This document shows positions 1-8,417 of a stretch of DNA of 50,888 bases, in pieces. Origin of the DNA: an uncultured Patescibacteria group bacterium (GTDB lineage: Bacteria; Patescibacteriota; JACMRA01). The DNA lies in the NCBI GenBank assembly GCA_938017575.1, contig CALIJC010000004.1, positions 1 through 50,888 on the forward strand, in the 5' to 3' direction. Positions within the stretch are counted from its first letter, which is position 1. Every line of letters starts with the position of its first letter. Under the pieces are notes generated by a model. The model had not been told where the DNA came from and ran no database searches. It saw nothing but the letters and a program-made list of their open reading frames with translations. The position numbers and the translations under genes are program-made.

Positions 1-416
1 ATGGTTTTTTGATCAGCCAAAGTTAATTCTAGCATTAAAATCTCTTCGTCATCTCCTGGGTTTACACGGTTTTCTACGTGAACAATATCGTCATTTTGGA
101 ATTTTCTCAAAACTAGTAAAATCAAATCTACTTCACGAATATGAGATAAAAACTGATTACCAAGTCCTTCTCCTGCGTGGGCGTTTTTGACCAGTCCAGC
201 GATGTCTTTGAATTCGATAGCGGCGTGGACTAATTTTGCTGCGTTAACTAGCTTGCCTAATTCATCAACGCGAGAATCAGGAACAGAAACGATACCGTCG
301 CTTGGGTCGATAGTACAAAATGGAAAATTCTCAGCAGGAACAGACCGTTTTGTTAATAGGTTAAAAAGAGTAGATTTTCCAGCATTCGGGAGCCCGACAA
401 GTCCAACAGATAGCAT
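1..416 (-). CDS. ychF: Ribosome-binding ATPase YchF (Obg-like GTPase family), N-terminal 138 codons; the gene runs off the left window edge
   Basis: Absent from the ORF track because it is open at the edge. Reverse-strand translation from ATG 416..414 gives MLSVGLVGLPNAGKSTLFNLLTKRSVPAENFPFCTIDPSDGIVSVPDSRVDELGKL...IEFKDIAGLVKNAHAGEGLGNQFLSHIREVDLILLVLRKF. It carries Walker A GLPNAGKST, G3 DIAGLV and the YchF-type GEGLGNQFL block. Confidence 0.88.
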   Translation of the reverse strand, partial: MLSVGLVGLPNAGKSTLFNLLTKRSVPAENFPFCTIDPSDGIVSVPDSRVDELGKLVNAAKLVHAAIEFKDIAGLVKNAHAGEGLGNQFLSHIREVDLILLVLRKFQNDDIVHVENRVNPGDDEEILMLELTLADQKT

Positions 417-517
417 AAAATGTAATTAGTTTTGCTTTATTATGCCATCATATTAATAGTTTTGTCAATGAGTAAGGGGGTGTTGACTAGTCAAATTATA
501 TGAATCACAACTAAATT

Positions 518-1138
518 ATGATTTCGTTTGATGATTTTTTTATTATTAATACCACAACTGAGTTCCACATTTTGAGACATTTCGATAAAGTAACCGATGA
601 GTACGTGTCTTCATTGATAGGACAGGATTATTTCTACTATGATTATTTAAAAGATGAGATGATTGAAAAAAAATTAACTAATCAAGAAATAGGCTTCGCA
701 TTGGATACAAAAGGTAGTAAATTTGATTCAGAATTAACCATATTAGAAAATCCTCAAAATGTTCTAAAATTTATACAAAATGAGATAAAAAATTATAATA
801 TTAAATGGACTAAATCAGGTGAGAATCAAACGACTGAATTTCAGATTAAATTCCCTGGAAACATTGGATATTGTAATTTACTCAGCATTAGTGACTTAAC
901 CAGTGATGAGTTGTTAAAGGTTAAAAAAATTAATAGAAGTAATTTAGTTGGAGAGGACTCAGTTATGGTTAATTACTTGGAACATAAGAAAAATAAACAG
1001 CCAACAAATATTTTAAATATAGAACTTGTTAAAACTCCAAAATTGCCTTTTTTATGGATTACAGCGTATCCAATCGATCAAAAATTTATTGATTCTGAAT
1101 CAACAAGCTTTTGGGATGATATAGTAATTTTAAAGTAG
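518..1138 (+). CDS. Hypothetical protein, 206 aa, no domain recognised
   Basis: Long ATG-initiated ORF in AT-rich DNA, followed by the convergent hairpin at 1186..1215. Confidence 0.6.
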   Translation: MISFDDFFIINTTTEFHILRHFDKVTDEYVSSLIGQDYFYYDYLKDEMIEKKLTNQEIGFALDTKGSKFDSELTILENPQNVLKFIQNEIKNYNIKWTKSGENQTTEFQIKFPGNIGYCNLLSISDLTSDELLKVKKINRSNLVGEDSVMVNYLEHKKNKQPTNILNIELVKTPKLPFLWITAYPIDQKFIDSESTSFWDDIVILK

Positions 1139-1185
1139 GTTATCCCCGAAATAGGAGTAATTTTTTTAAAATATCAAATAAAAAT

Positions 1186-1215
1186 AACGTAGTGTTTTGG
1201 ATATCACACTACGTT
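1186..1215. terminator. Hairpin between convergent genes, rho-independent for the minus-strand gene
   Basis: Perfect 10-bp stem AACGTAGTGT / ACACTACGTT with a 10-nt loop. On the minus strand it is followed by a T-rich tract (TATTTTTATTTGAT). Confidence 0.5.
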
Positions 1216-1241
1216 GATCATGCTACCTATTGGTCAAGAAA

Positions 1242-1763
1242 CTATTGTGGGCAATTCAATTGATAATATTTCTGCAGGTCATCAATATTTGAATACCCGC
1301 CATAGTTAGTCATAAAACAAATAAAACTATCTTGACTTTCGTTTCCTTGGCTCACCCAATTAGCATGGGTTAAAAATGCTCTTGCTTCTGTAGAATTATA
1401 AAAAATTCTATCAAAATAAACATCAGCTTCTAATTTTTCAGGAAAATAAACATCCCATAGTTGACTCATTTTTATTAAAGTTTCTAATTTGTTGGTGCTC
1501 CAGAAGCAAAGCATGTATATAGATTTCTTTGCTTGTTCTGTGGAATCTCTGAAAAAAGCATTTGTTATTTTTTCAAATTCTCTTTCCTGACCTATTTTTT
1601 TCATATGCGTCGATGCATCTGAATATACTTGCTCCTTAAGTGTTAATGACTTCTCCTTAAGTGTTAATGACTTGGTGGCTTTAGACTTGGTAAGAAGTTT
1701 TAGCATATGATTTAATACCTTGACACTATCATCATTTATAGCATATATTCCAGGTCTAGTCAA
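1242..1763 (-). CDS. Hypothetical protein, 173 aa, containing a perfect 7-residue tandem duplication
   Basis: ORF from the track (TTG start, so the true start is uncertain). Two identical 21-nt units at 1632..1673 encode KSLTLKE twice. Confidence 0.55.
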   Translation of the reverse strand: MTRPGIYAINDDSVKVLNHMLKLLTKSKATKSLTLKEKSLTLKEQVYSDASTHMKKIGQEREFEKITNAFFRDSTEQAKKSIYMLCFWSTNKLETLIKMSQLWDVYFPEKLEADVYFDRIFYNSTEARAFLTHANWVSQGNESQDSFICFMTNYGGYSNIDDLQKYYQLNCPQ

Positions 1764-1856
1764 ATCTTTTCTCTACTTAATTCTAAATTAGACCTAAAAT
1801 TAAAAAATGCAATTTGTCTTGGCAGGATTTATCCAATATAACACAAGGAGGTGGAT

Positions 1857-2048
1857 ATGACATTTGATGAACTGATTCAGAAAGCTGAAGCACAAGGAAT
1901 CATCATTAACGATACTGATATATTTGCGTGGCTACATTCAACAGATGATGAAAAAATTATAAATCAGTATTTGGAAAATGACACATTGCCTAATAATGTT
2001 TCAGTGATTGAGGTTCAAAAAGCTGGTAAACAATTAATTGCTTGCTAG
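1857..2048 (+). CDS. Small hypothetical protein (about 63 aa) ending in LIAC
   Basis: ATG at 1857 lies 6 nt after a strong SD (AAGGAGGTGG). Its own promoter-like TTGTCT-N17-TATAAC lies upstream and the terminator at 2075..2104 downstream. Confidence 0.55.
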   Translation: MTFDELIQKAEAQGIIINDTDIFAWLHSTDDEKIINQYLENDTLPNNVSVIEVQKAGKQLIAC

Positions 2049-2074
2049 CACTACTATCAGTTGTAAACTTTACA

Positions 2075-2104
2075 AAGCGGCGGAGAAATCTAGCTGCTTT
2101 TTTG
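2075..2104 (+). terminator. Rho-independent terminator, copy 1 of a conserved hairpin
   Basis: Stem AAGCGGC / GCTGCTT, 11-nt loop GGAGAAATCTA, then a T6 run. The same loop and stem recur at 2423 and 3277. Confidence 0.7.
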
Positions 2105-2144
2105 TTGTTGCTTTTAATGACTACTTTTTAATATTTTGGCATTG

Positions 2145-2173
2145 TTTACAAAAACTGATTTGTGTTGTATATG
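2145..2173 (+). promoter_or_regulatory. Sigma70-like promoter for 2202..2396
   Basis: TTTACA-N17-TATATG with TG immediately upstream of the -10. Resembles the promoters at 2465 and 5569. Confidence 0.45.
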
Positions 2174-2201
2174 TTTGATTAGGTAACTGTGAGTAACGTT
2201 T

Positions 2202-2396
2202 ATGTTTATTTCAGAATATGTTCAATACTGGGCGCGTATGGGTGTCTATTTCACTCCTAATGATGTCCTAGATTGGTTTCATTTGTTTGCATCACCTCAG
2301 CATCAGCTGGCTTTTGAGATGACTAACAAAGTTTCTATGGCGATTAGGCCACAGGAAATTATTATGGCTTCGGGTTGGTCACATAGTGTACTTTAA
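2202..2396 (+). CDS. Small hypothetical protein, 64 aa
   Basis: ATG ORF bracketed by its own promoter and terminator. Shares a G-[IV]-x5-D-[IV]-x2-W-[LF]-H block with the 1857..2048 product. Confidence 0.5.
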   Translation: MFISEYVQYWARMGVYFTPNDVLDWFHLFASPQHQLAFEMTNKVSMAIRPQEIIMASGWSHSVL

Positions 2397-2422
2397 TGAT
2401 CTATGTGGTGTTACCAGGTACA

Positions 2423-2456
2423 GAGCAGCGGGGAAATCTAGCTGCTCTTTTTGTTT
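2423..2456 (+). terminator. Rho-independent terminator, copy 2 of the conserved hairpin
   Basis: Stem GAGCAGC / GCTGCTC, loop GGGGAAATCTA, then a T5 run. Confidence 0.7.
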
Positions 2457-2464
2457 CTGTTTGT

Positions 2465-2493
2465 TTGACATTTAACCAGTTTTGGTGTATATA
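2465..2493 (+). promoter_or_regulatory. Sigma70-like promoter for 2532..3251
   Basis: TTGACA-N17-TATATA with TG upstream of the -10. Confidence 0.5.
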
Positions 2494-2531
2494 AGCTTGT
2501 TGTAGTTGATGTTTTTGGAAAGGTGCTGTAG

Positions 2532-3251
2532 ATGACCATTGTTTCGCCCGTGCGACTAGAAGAAATTCGTTGCTGTCATGATTGCGTGGCTGCTTCAATG
2601 GCTGGGCATAGAATTCAAAGCAACAATAACTATGTATTTGCATGGGTCCAAGACCCGCTTATTAACAGGTTGATGAGGAGATACTGGGATCTTTCAAATC
2701 AAAAAAAGATCAAACATCTATATAGCCCCTCTAGTAAATGTATTGCATACTGGAGAGATTTAGATTTCCACAAAATTGATTTAGAAGAGTATAAAGAAAA
2801 CATCGCAAAGGATTCTGATTTACTGGCATTTTTGTGCAAGATTTCTATCATAAATCAGGGGTCGGTTAGCTATCCACTGGACATAGCATCAAATATAATT
2901 TTGTTCCATGATAGTTTCGCCAACCTAGTATCTGGGCAGAGCCATAGTTCAGGCTTGCAAGTAATGGTAACTATGTATGATGGTATTTTGGTTGATAATC
3001 CTCTAGCTGTTCAGGCTAAATTGCTGTTTGCAGCTTACATTGCGGTTAACCAGTATAAAAAAATACAAATGCCGCGAAAAATTGATCTAATGAATGCTTT
3101 TGATGAAATTAGAAACCTTGCCAAGCTTTTTGAAGGTCGTTTCATATCAATCTATGCTAGAAAATTAATAGAATTAGATAAAATTTATTCAGATTTAGTA
3201 GATGATTACAATAAATCTGGTATAAATGATGGGGCTTTTCAAATTTGTTAG
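2532..3251 (+). CDS. Hypothetical protein, 239 aa, ending in FQIC
   Basis: ATG preceded by GGAAAGG. Long ORF with its own terminator at 3277..3309. Confidence 0.6.
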   Translation: MTIVSPVRLEEIRCCHDCVAASMAGHRIQSNNNYVFAWVQDPLINRLMRRYWDLSNQKKIKHLYSPSSKCIAYWRDLDFHKIDLEEYKENIAKDSDLLAFLCKISIINQGSVSYPLDIASNIILFHDSFANLVSGQSHSSGLQVMVTMYDGILVDNPLAVQAKLLFAAYIAVNQYKKIQMPRKIDLMNAFDEIRNLAKLFEGRFISIYARKLIELDKIYSDLVDDYNKSGINDGAFQIC

Positions 3252-3276
3252 TTGCAACATTAATAACTACGAACTA

Positions 3277-3309
3277 AAGCAGCGGAGAAATCTAGCTGCT
3301 TGTTTTTTT
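3277..3309 (+). terminator. Rho-independent terminator, copy 3 of the conserved hairpin
   Basis: Stem AAGCAGC / GCTGCTT, loop GGAGAAATCTA, then TGTTTTTTT. Confidence 0.7.
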
Positions 3310-3354
3310 CACAATATAATCGACAATCTCAGATTTATTAGTGACTAATATTAT

Positions 3355-3981
3355 ATGCAATTAGAGCAGATTTTATTTATCGATTTTAATGGGGTTATCT
3401 CTTATGATAATTATTGGAAACCAATTGAAACTATAAAACACCCTCTCCATAAATATCACAATTCTATTGAAAAGTTTTTATTCAAAGAATCTCCTGAAAT
3501 TGTTAATGACTGGATGCTTGGTAAATATACAAGTGAACAAGTTCATTTGCTCATTCATGAAAATACAGGAGCTCCTGCTGATGAGCTATTTAATATATTT
3601 GAAAAAGGTTGCCGCGAGATAGATATATCTACAAAAATATTGAGAAAAATCAATCAAATAAAAAATCAATACTACTGCATATTAGCAACTGGGAATATGG
3701 ACTGTTTTGATAGATTTACATTGGATAGTAACCAGATATTAACAAGCTCTTTTGATGAGATAGATAACTCATATAACATTGGTTTACTCAAAACCTCCAA
3801 TAGCGGTGAGTATTTCCTGTCCAGAGCCCAACAAAAAAATATCGACATTAGAAATTGTGTTGTTATCGATGACTCCCCAAAAGTCTGCGAGATTTTCACA
3901 AAACTTGGCGGGAAATCATTTTGTGTTAGCGGCGAAAAAGAAGTAATAGATATTTTAAATAAACTTGATATAAACGCCTAG
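3355..3981 (+). CDS. HAD-superfamily-like hydrolase (tentative)
   Basis: N-terminal ILFIDFNGVISY resembles HAD motif I (DxDG with the second Asp replaced by Asn). C-terminal VVIDDSPK resembles motif IV. Size is about 208 aa. Confidence 0.45.
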   Translation: MQLEQILFIDFNGVISYDNYWKPIETIKHPLHKYHNSIEKFLFKESPEIVNDWMLGKYTSEQVHLLIHENTGAPADELFNIFEKGCREIDISTKILRKINQIKNQYYCILATGNMDCFDRFTLDSNQILTSSFDEIDNSYNIGLLKTSNSGEYFLSRAQQKNIDIRNCVVIDDSPKVCEIFTKLGGKSFCVSGEKEVIDILNKLDINA

Positions 3982-4019
3982 GGTTTGACAAATAGACATA
4001 TTTAGTATACGAATTGATT

Positions 4020-4802
4020 ATGAATAAAAAACCATTTGTATTTGGGATATTGCTGATTACTGTTTTGATTGTTGCTGTAGCTGGCTGGTCATTAAAAGGA
4101 ATTATTAATGAGATTGATTTTGGTGCAACACCAGAAATAGAAAATACTACTGACGTAAAAACCTCCGCCGTTTTACCATCAACAGAAAAAGTTGTTATTG
4201 ATAATAGTTTTCAATTATTACAAAACTTTGATGAAACCGAACTGGCTGATATTAGCTCTTTGACTGTTGGCTCTGGCGGTAAAATAGATTTGGAATTTGG
4301 AAATAACCCTTTGGTTGAGGTTTTTAGTGATAGCGAGAATATTAGATTACAATACAATTCAGGAAATTTGACGATTTTAGCAGGAGAATTAACTAATGGT
4401 AGTGATTTGCAGCCTGAGATGTATAATATTAGACTAGTTGTGCCTCAGATTGATAATATTGTGATGAACCAATCTAGTATTTCAGGAGAAATAAATATTC
4501 CGGCGATTAACCAAGAAAGTCTGAGAATAACTACAACCTCTGCTGGAACTGTGAATGCCCCAAATGTTGTTTTGAATAATTTAGAGATTTATAATTACGG
4601 CGAGGGAGATGTGAATTTGGGTGGTCAGACTGAAACTCTTTTTGCAATCACACAAAGCAGTGGGAACATATTTGCCAATAACCTAGACGTTACCAGTGGA
4701 GATGTAACTATAGATGGTTCAGGCTCGATTGAATTAGGCGAGGTTACTACAATTTCTCAGGAATTAAATGGCTTAGGTAATCTTGATTTCCAAAAAAAAT
4801 AA
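4020..4802 (+). CDS. N-terminally membrane-anchored protein with DUF2807/GIN-domain-like beta-helical repeats
   Basis: Leader MNKKPFVFGILLITVLIVAVAGW is followed by repeated G-S/E-G-x-[IV] units (VGSGGKIDL, SISGEINI, YGEGDVNL, QSSGNIFA, VTSGDVTI, DGSGSIEL), typical of the putative adhesin head GIN family. The track start TTG 4014 is shifted to ATG 4020. Confidence 0.55.
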   Translation: MNKKPFVFGILLITVLIVAVAGWSLKGIINEIDFGATPEIENTTDVKTSAVLPSTEKVVIDNSFQLLQNFDETELADISSLTVGSGGKIDLEFGNNPLVEVFSDSENIRLQYNSGNLTILAGELTNGSDLQPEMYNIRLVVPQIDNIVMNQSSISGEINIPAINQESLRITTTSAGTVNAPNVVLNNLEIYNYGEGDVNLGGQTETLFAITQSSGNIFANNLDVTSGDVTIDGSGSIELGEVTTISQELNGLGNLDFQKK

Positions 4803-4815
4803 TCCAATAATCTAA

Positions 4816-5565
4816 ATGAAAATAATAACTGCCTGTGCTGGAGTAAAATACGACTTTTCTAGAGCTGGCCTAGTTAGTAGTAAATCTGCACTGGCAAAGG
4901 AGCTTGGAATTTCTATAGAAAATCTAAAAACTCTGACACAGGTGCACGGTGATTCGGTTTGTATTGTCAGAGACAAAAATGAAATTACTGATATTATTGA
5001 AGCTGACTGTTTGATTACAAATATACCTAATGTTTGCTTGGGGATAAAAACTGCAGATTGCCTACCACTGGCGATTTATGATTTGGCAAATAATGTTATT
5101 TCAATGATTCATTTAGGTCGAAAAAGTCTCAACAAAGGATTACTACAGAAAACTGTTAATGTGTTGAAATCAGAATTTAATAGTTCTCCTAAAAACCTGC
5201 AGGTTTGGATATATCCTAATTTACAGAGGAAAAACCACATTACTCATTTATCAGAAGCTGCTAATTTCCCACCTAATTGCATTACAGAGTTGCCAAAAGG
5301 GGTTCATATTTCTAATAATAGTACATTATTTTGGGAGTTTCTAGAAAAAAACAATCTGGAGTTAGAGGATTTACAGAAAATACCTATGGCTATGGTTGAT
5401 ATGGAGAAGTTTGTGGTTGAGGTGTTAGCTGAGATGGGTGTGGATACAGAAAATATTAATTCGGAGAAAATTGATACTTTTACCGATAAAAATTATGCTA
5501 GCTATCGCCGAGATTACCCCAAACATACCCTGATGCTATCATATATAATGATGAAGAAGCTATAA
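4816..5565 (+). CDS. pgeF: PgeF/YfiH family (DUF152) purine nucleoside phosphorylase / peptidoglycan editing factor
   Basis: LTQVHGDSVCIV ... EADCLITNIPNVCLGIKTADCLPLAIYD matches the conserved QVHG ... ADC ... TADCxP core of the family. Confidence 0.8.
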   Translation: MKIITACAGVKYDFSRAGLVSSKSALAKELGISIENLKTLTQVHGDSVCIVRDKNEITDIIEADCLITNIPNVCLGIKTADCLPLAIYDLANNVISMIHLGRKSLNKGLLQKTVNVLKSEFNSSPKNLQVWIYPNLQRKNHITHLSEAANFPPNCITELPKGVHISNNSTLFWEFLEKNNLELEDLQKIPMAMVDMEKFVVEVLAEMGVDTENINSEKIDTFTDKNYASYRRDYPKHTLMLSYIMMKKL

Positions 5566-5568
5566 ATA

Positions 5569-5597
5569 TTGACATTTTTCCTAGTTTGGTGCATATA
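5569..5597 (+). promoter_or_regulatory. Sigma70-like promoter for 5616..6122
   Basis: TTGACA-N17-CATATA with TG upstream. The spacer is near-identical to the 2465 promoter (TTGACATTTTTCCTAGTTTGGTGCATATA vs TTGACATTTAACCAGTTTTGGTGTATATA). Confidence 0.45.
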
Positions 5598-5615
5598 TCC
5601 TCCAGTGGATATTGA

Positions 5616-6122
5616 GTGTTAAATAACATGCTTTATATAGACTTTCACGAAACCCTAGTTAGATCGTTTATTGCTACAGGCCAAAACTATCCAACCCTCA
5701 AAGGGTATCGGGATCGTAAACTCGCTTCAGTTTTAGATTTTAAAAAACTCCTGTATGATTATAGTCAGTTTTGCCATCTAAATAATATCTCTCATATTAA
5801 TAACTACTTACAAACTATTCGGTCTGCACTCAAGCATATACAATCATTTAGAGAAAATAAGACATATTTTCTGTACTTTAATGATACAGAAAGAAAGATA
5901 GGTGCTAACGAGAAATTAACGGAGCTAAGAAAACGTGAGAATGAGTTCCTCACAGAATTTCATATTCATTTAACATATGCAGAGTGTTATCATGGCTTCC
6001 AAGATGTGGAGCTGCAACAAAAGTTTATTGAGACCTTTAAATTAGATCTAAAACTGTACTTACCGACAATGGTTACTAAATTTAATGATGCTGCCATTAG
6101 AAATAATTTGATTGCATGCTAA
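5616..6122 (+). CDS. Hypothetical protein, about 165 aa, ending in LIAC
   Basis: ORF from the track (GTG start; ATG at 5628 is an alternative). The C-terminal tail NDAAIRNNLIAC resembles the tails of the 1857 and 2532 products. Confidence 0.55.
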   Translation: MLNNMLYIDFHETLVRSFIATGQNYPTLKGYRDRKLASVLDFKKLLYDYSQFCHLNNISHINNYLQTIRSALKHIQSFRENKTYFLYFNDTERKIGANEKLTELRKRENEFLTEFHIHLTYAECYHGFQDVELQQKFIETFKLDLKLYLPTMVTKFNDAAIRNNLIAC

Positions 6123-6232
6123 ATGTAATAAATAGAACAATATTACAAAGGGTTAGGGGTCCACTCTAACTCAATTTTTTATAAAATAATTAATTTCACA
6201 CATACAACACCCTGCTTATTGATTTTTAAAAC

Positions 6233-6257
6233 AAAAAAAAAGAGGGCTGAGCTCTTT
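6233..6257 (-). terminator. Rho-independent terminator of the 14400-to-6289 operon
   Basis: On the minus strand, stem AAGAG / CTCTT with a 7-nt loop followed by a T9 run. Part of a roughly 55-nt block repeated at 14456..14513. Confidence 0.6.
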
Positions 6258-6288
6258 GAATTGTTGGTATTTTAGAAACTACCTCCTT

Positions 6289-6942
6289 TTAGTCTTTGTA
6301 GTTGTTTGATTTTGTATTTTTATTTAGTTTCATTAATGTGTATATTGTAGTGAAAACAGCTATTAATAATAGAAACCATGTAGCGTTTTTCAAATTTCTA
6401 TTAACTATATTGTTATTGTATTTTTGGCGGAAATTTTCTTTTAACTCATTGTAATTTTCTGGTGTTAACACACCACTACCGAATTCCTTTTTTATGCTTT
6501 TGCTACTTGTAATGATGGTATTTGTAGATGATTCGTATTCATTTGCCAGAACTAAATATGTTTCTCCAACATCAAATTTTTGAGCAAAGACGGCTGTGCA
6601 ATAGTATTCTGGATTTCCTGGGTATGAGCCTAGTGAAAATCTATAACCCTGACTTCTTAGATTGCTACTTGTAGGTATATTTGAGTTAGATATGTCATCA
6701 ATAATTTCAATTCTATACTCTTCTCCCGAAGTATAAAGGTTGCTTGAAATGTCATATGGTAGAGAGACTTTTTTAGATGAAACAATCTTAGCTTCTACTA
6801 CTATTGGATTATCTTCTAAATACTCTGCATTTGATATATTTTTGACAGAGCAAGCCTGGGTTTGAATACCAGAGGTAAAAATTAGCACTAGAGGTGTTAG
6901 AATTATTTTTTTATAGGCTACGTGCTTAGCAATTACTTTCAT
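6289..6942 (-). CDS. Secreted, C-terminally TM-anchored protein; paralog of 7010..7681
   Basis: Signal-like leader ending SGIQTQAC, C-terminal TM WFLLLIAVFTTIYTLM plus a basic tail. Aligns with its neighbour (QTQACSV..EDNPIVVEAKIVS vs QTHACNQ..KDNPIVIEVKILS). Confidence 0.7.
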   Translation of the reverse strand: MKVIAKHVAYKKIILTPLVLIFTSGIQTQACSVKNISNAEYLEDNPIVVEAKIVSSKKVSLPYDISSNLYTSGEEYRIEIIDDISNSNIPTSSNLRSQGYRFSLGSYPGNPEYYCTAVFAQKFDVGETYLVLANEYESSTNTIITSSKSIKKEFGSGVLTPENYNELKENFRQKYNNNIVNRNLKNATWFLLLIAVFTTIYTLMKLNKNTKSNNYKD

Positions 6943-7009
6943 ATCTGTGTCGTTAATAACGGTTAATTTTGTATCAAGTTCAACAAAGTGGTGACTTTTT
7001 TATTGTATA

Positions 7010-7681
7010 CTATTTTTTATTTTTCTTGTTTAAAATAGATTTTACTAACAAAACAGCGGCCGATCCAAACACCAAAATTAGTATAATGGATCTACTAATA
7101 TTAGTATCTCTTATTTGATTTTGCCTCTCTTTAATTAAATTTGATTCATAATCAATTCTATTATCAATATAGTTTTCATCGGGTTTAAGGGTGTTTGTGA
7201 ATTTATTTATTGATATGCTAGTGTCGAGCACCTTTTCGTTTCCAGGCTTTGATGTTTGCGTACCTCTTCCAATTTCTTCTATCCTATTGAAAAAAGGATC
7301 GTATTTATTTGAATAAATCAAATATCTTTCATTTTCGATGAAATTTGTACTTGGGGCTGGGCATACACTATATTGGCTTTCAAATTTATTACTGACTATT
7401 TGTACAGTTGAATTCAGGTTTGATTTAGAAATATCCGTTAATAGCTCAACATCATAAATAATTTTAGAGTCTTTATAAGACTCAGTCTCATCTATAACTA
7501 AAGTTCTTTTTGATAATATTTTTACTTCAATAACAATAGGGTTGTCTTTAATTAAATCATCTGTTTCTATGAATATCTGATTACAAGCATGAGTTTGAAT
7601 ACTTGTAATAGAAATCAAACAGGTTAGGGTAAAGGCTGTTATTAACGTTAATTTTTTCAATACATTCATATTATTATTCAT
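7010..7681 (-). CDS. Secreted, C-terminally TM-anchored protein; paralog of 6289..6942
   Basis: The track ORF extends to 7786 but its first 35 codons overlap the upstream gene. ATG 7681 (or 7669) directly precedes the leader MNVLKKLTLITAFTLTCLISITSIQTHAC. C-terminal TM IILILVFGSAAVLLV plus KKNKK. Confidence 0.65.
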   Translation of the reverse strand: MNNNMNVLKKLTLITAFTLTCLISITSIQTHACNQIFIETDDLIKDNPIVIEVKILSKRTLVIDETESYKDSKIIYDVELLTDISKSNLNSTVQIVSNKFESQYSVCPAPSTNFIENERYLIYSNKYDPFFNRIEEIGRGTQTSKPGNEKVLDTSISINKFTNTLKPDENYIDNRIDYESNLIKERQNQIRDTNISRSIILILVFGSAAVLLVKSILNKKNKK

Positions 7682-8417
7682 TAATAATGGTAAATTCTGG
7701 CTCGAACTCTCCATATTCAAAATCTGAGCTTGCTTCATATTTTTGTGACCCATCACTGCCTTTGAGTTTTTCTTCAACCTCCTCATAAGATGTTTCTAGA
7801 AAACTAACTTGTCTAAATTTTTCTATTTCCCAGCTACTCAAACCAGTTCTATTTAAATGAACTATAAAAACTGCAATCCTTGTACTGTTGCCATAATCAA
7901 GCAGGTCTGGAATTATCATAGAATGAATCGGGTTATTTAGGCTTTTTTTATTTTTAACAAATATAATATTGTCTAGAATGTCTTGACTAGAAAATATTTC
8001 CAGTTCTTGATAGTATTCTTGATCAAAGTCTACCTCTTCACCAAAAATAAACAGCCCAGTGGAATATTTTTCGATTAAAAATTCATTGATTTCAGATTCT
8101 TGATTATATCCATATCCTACTACTATCAGTGATGAAATTAATATAATAACAATTAGAACTAGGGATAGTTTAGTTTTTAAAATAGGTAATATTTTTTGCC
8201 TTGTTTTTTTGATGTTTATTAACCCCCAAATAGTAAATAAAATTATGGTGATTATGGGGTATAATATATTTAGATTTTTGAAATAAAAAGACAACACTAT
8301 TTGTGAAATTGTAGCTAGCAATATCAATATTATAGCAATTTTTATAAATAGCTTACTGTTTATATCAAATTTGCTTAAAAATTTTTTTGGTTCATTTGAT
8401 TTATTTTTGATCTTCAT
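7674..8417 (-). CDS. Polytopic membrane protein with a C-terminal soluble domain, unknown function
   Basis: About four hydrophobic segments in the first 110 residues. The start overlaps the upstream stop by 17 nt, indicating translational coupling. Confidence 0.65.
   Translation of the reverse strand: MKIKNKSNEPKKFLSKFDINSKLFIKIAIILILLATISQIVLSFYFKNLNILYPIITIILFTIWGLINIKKTRQKILPILKTKLSLVLIVIILISSLIVVGYGYNQESEINEFLIEKYSTGLFIFGEEVDFDQEYYQELEIFSSQDILDNIIFVKNKKSLNNPIHSMIIPDLLDYGNSTRIAVFIVHLNRTGLSSWEIEKFRQVSFLETSYEEVEEKLKGSDGSQKYEASSDFEYGEFEPEFTIINE

Noticed and set aside
187-429. Plus-strand 80-aa ORF from the track
   Set aside because: It lies antisense to the clearly recognisable ychF coding sequence (1..416, minus strand) and is a shadow ORF.
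2401-2643. Minus-strand 80-aa ORF
   Set aside because: It spans a plus-strand terminator, a promoter and the 5-prime end of 2532..3251, with no initiation signals of its own.
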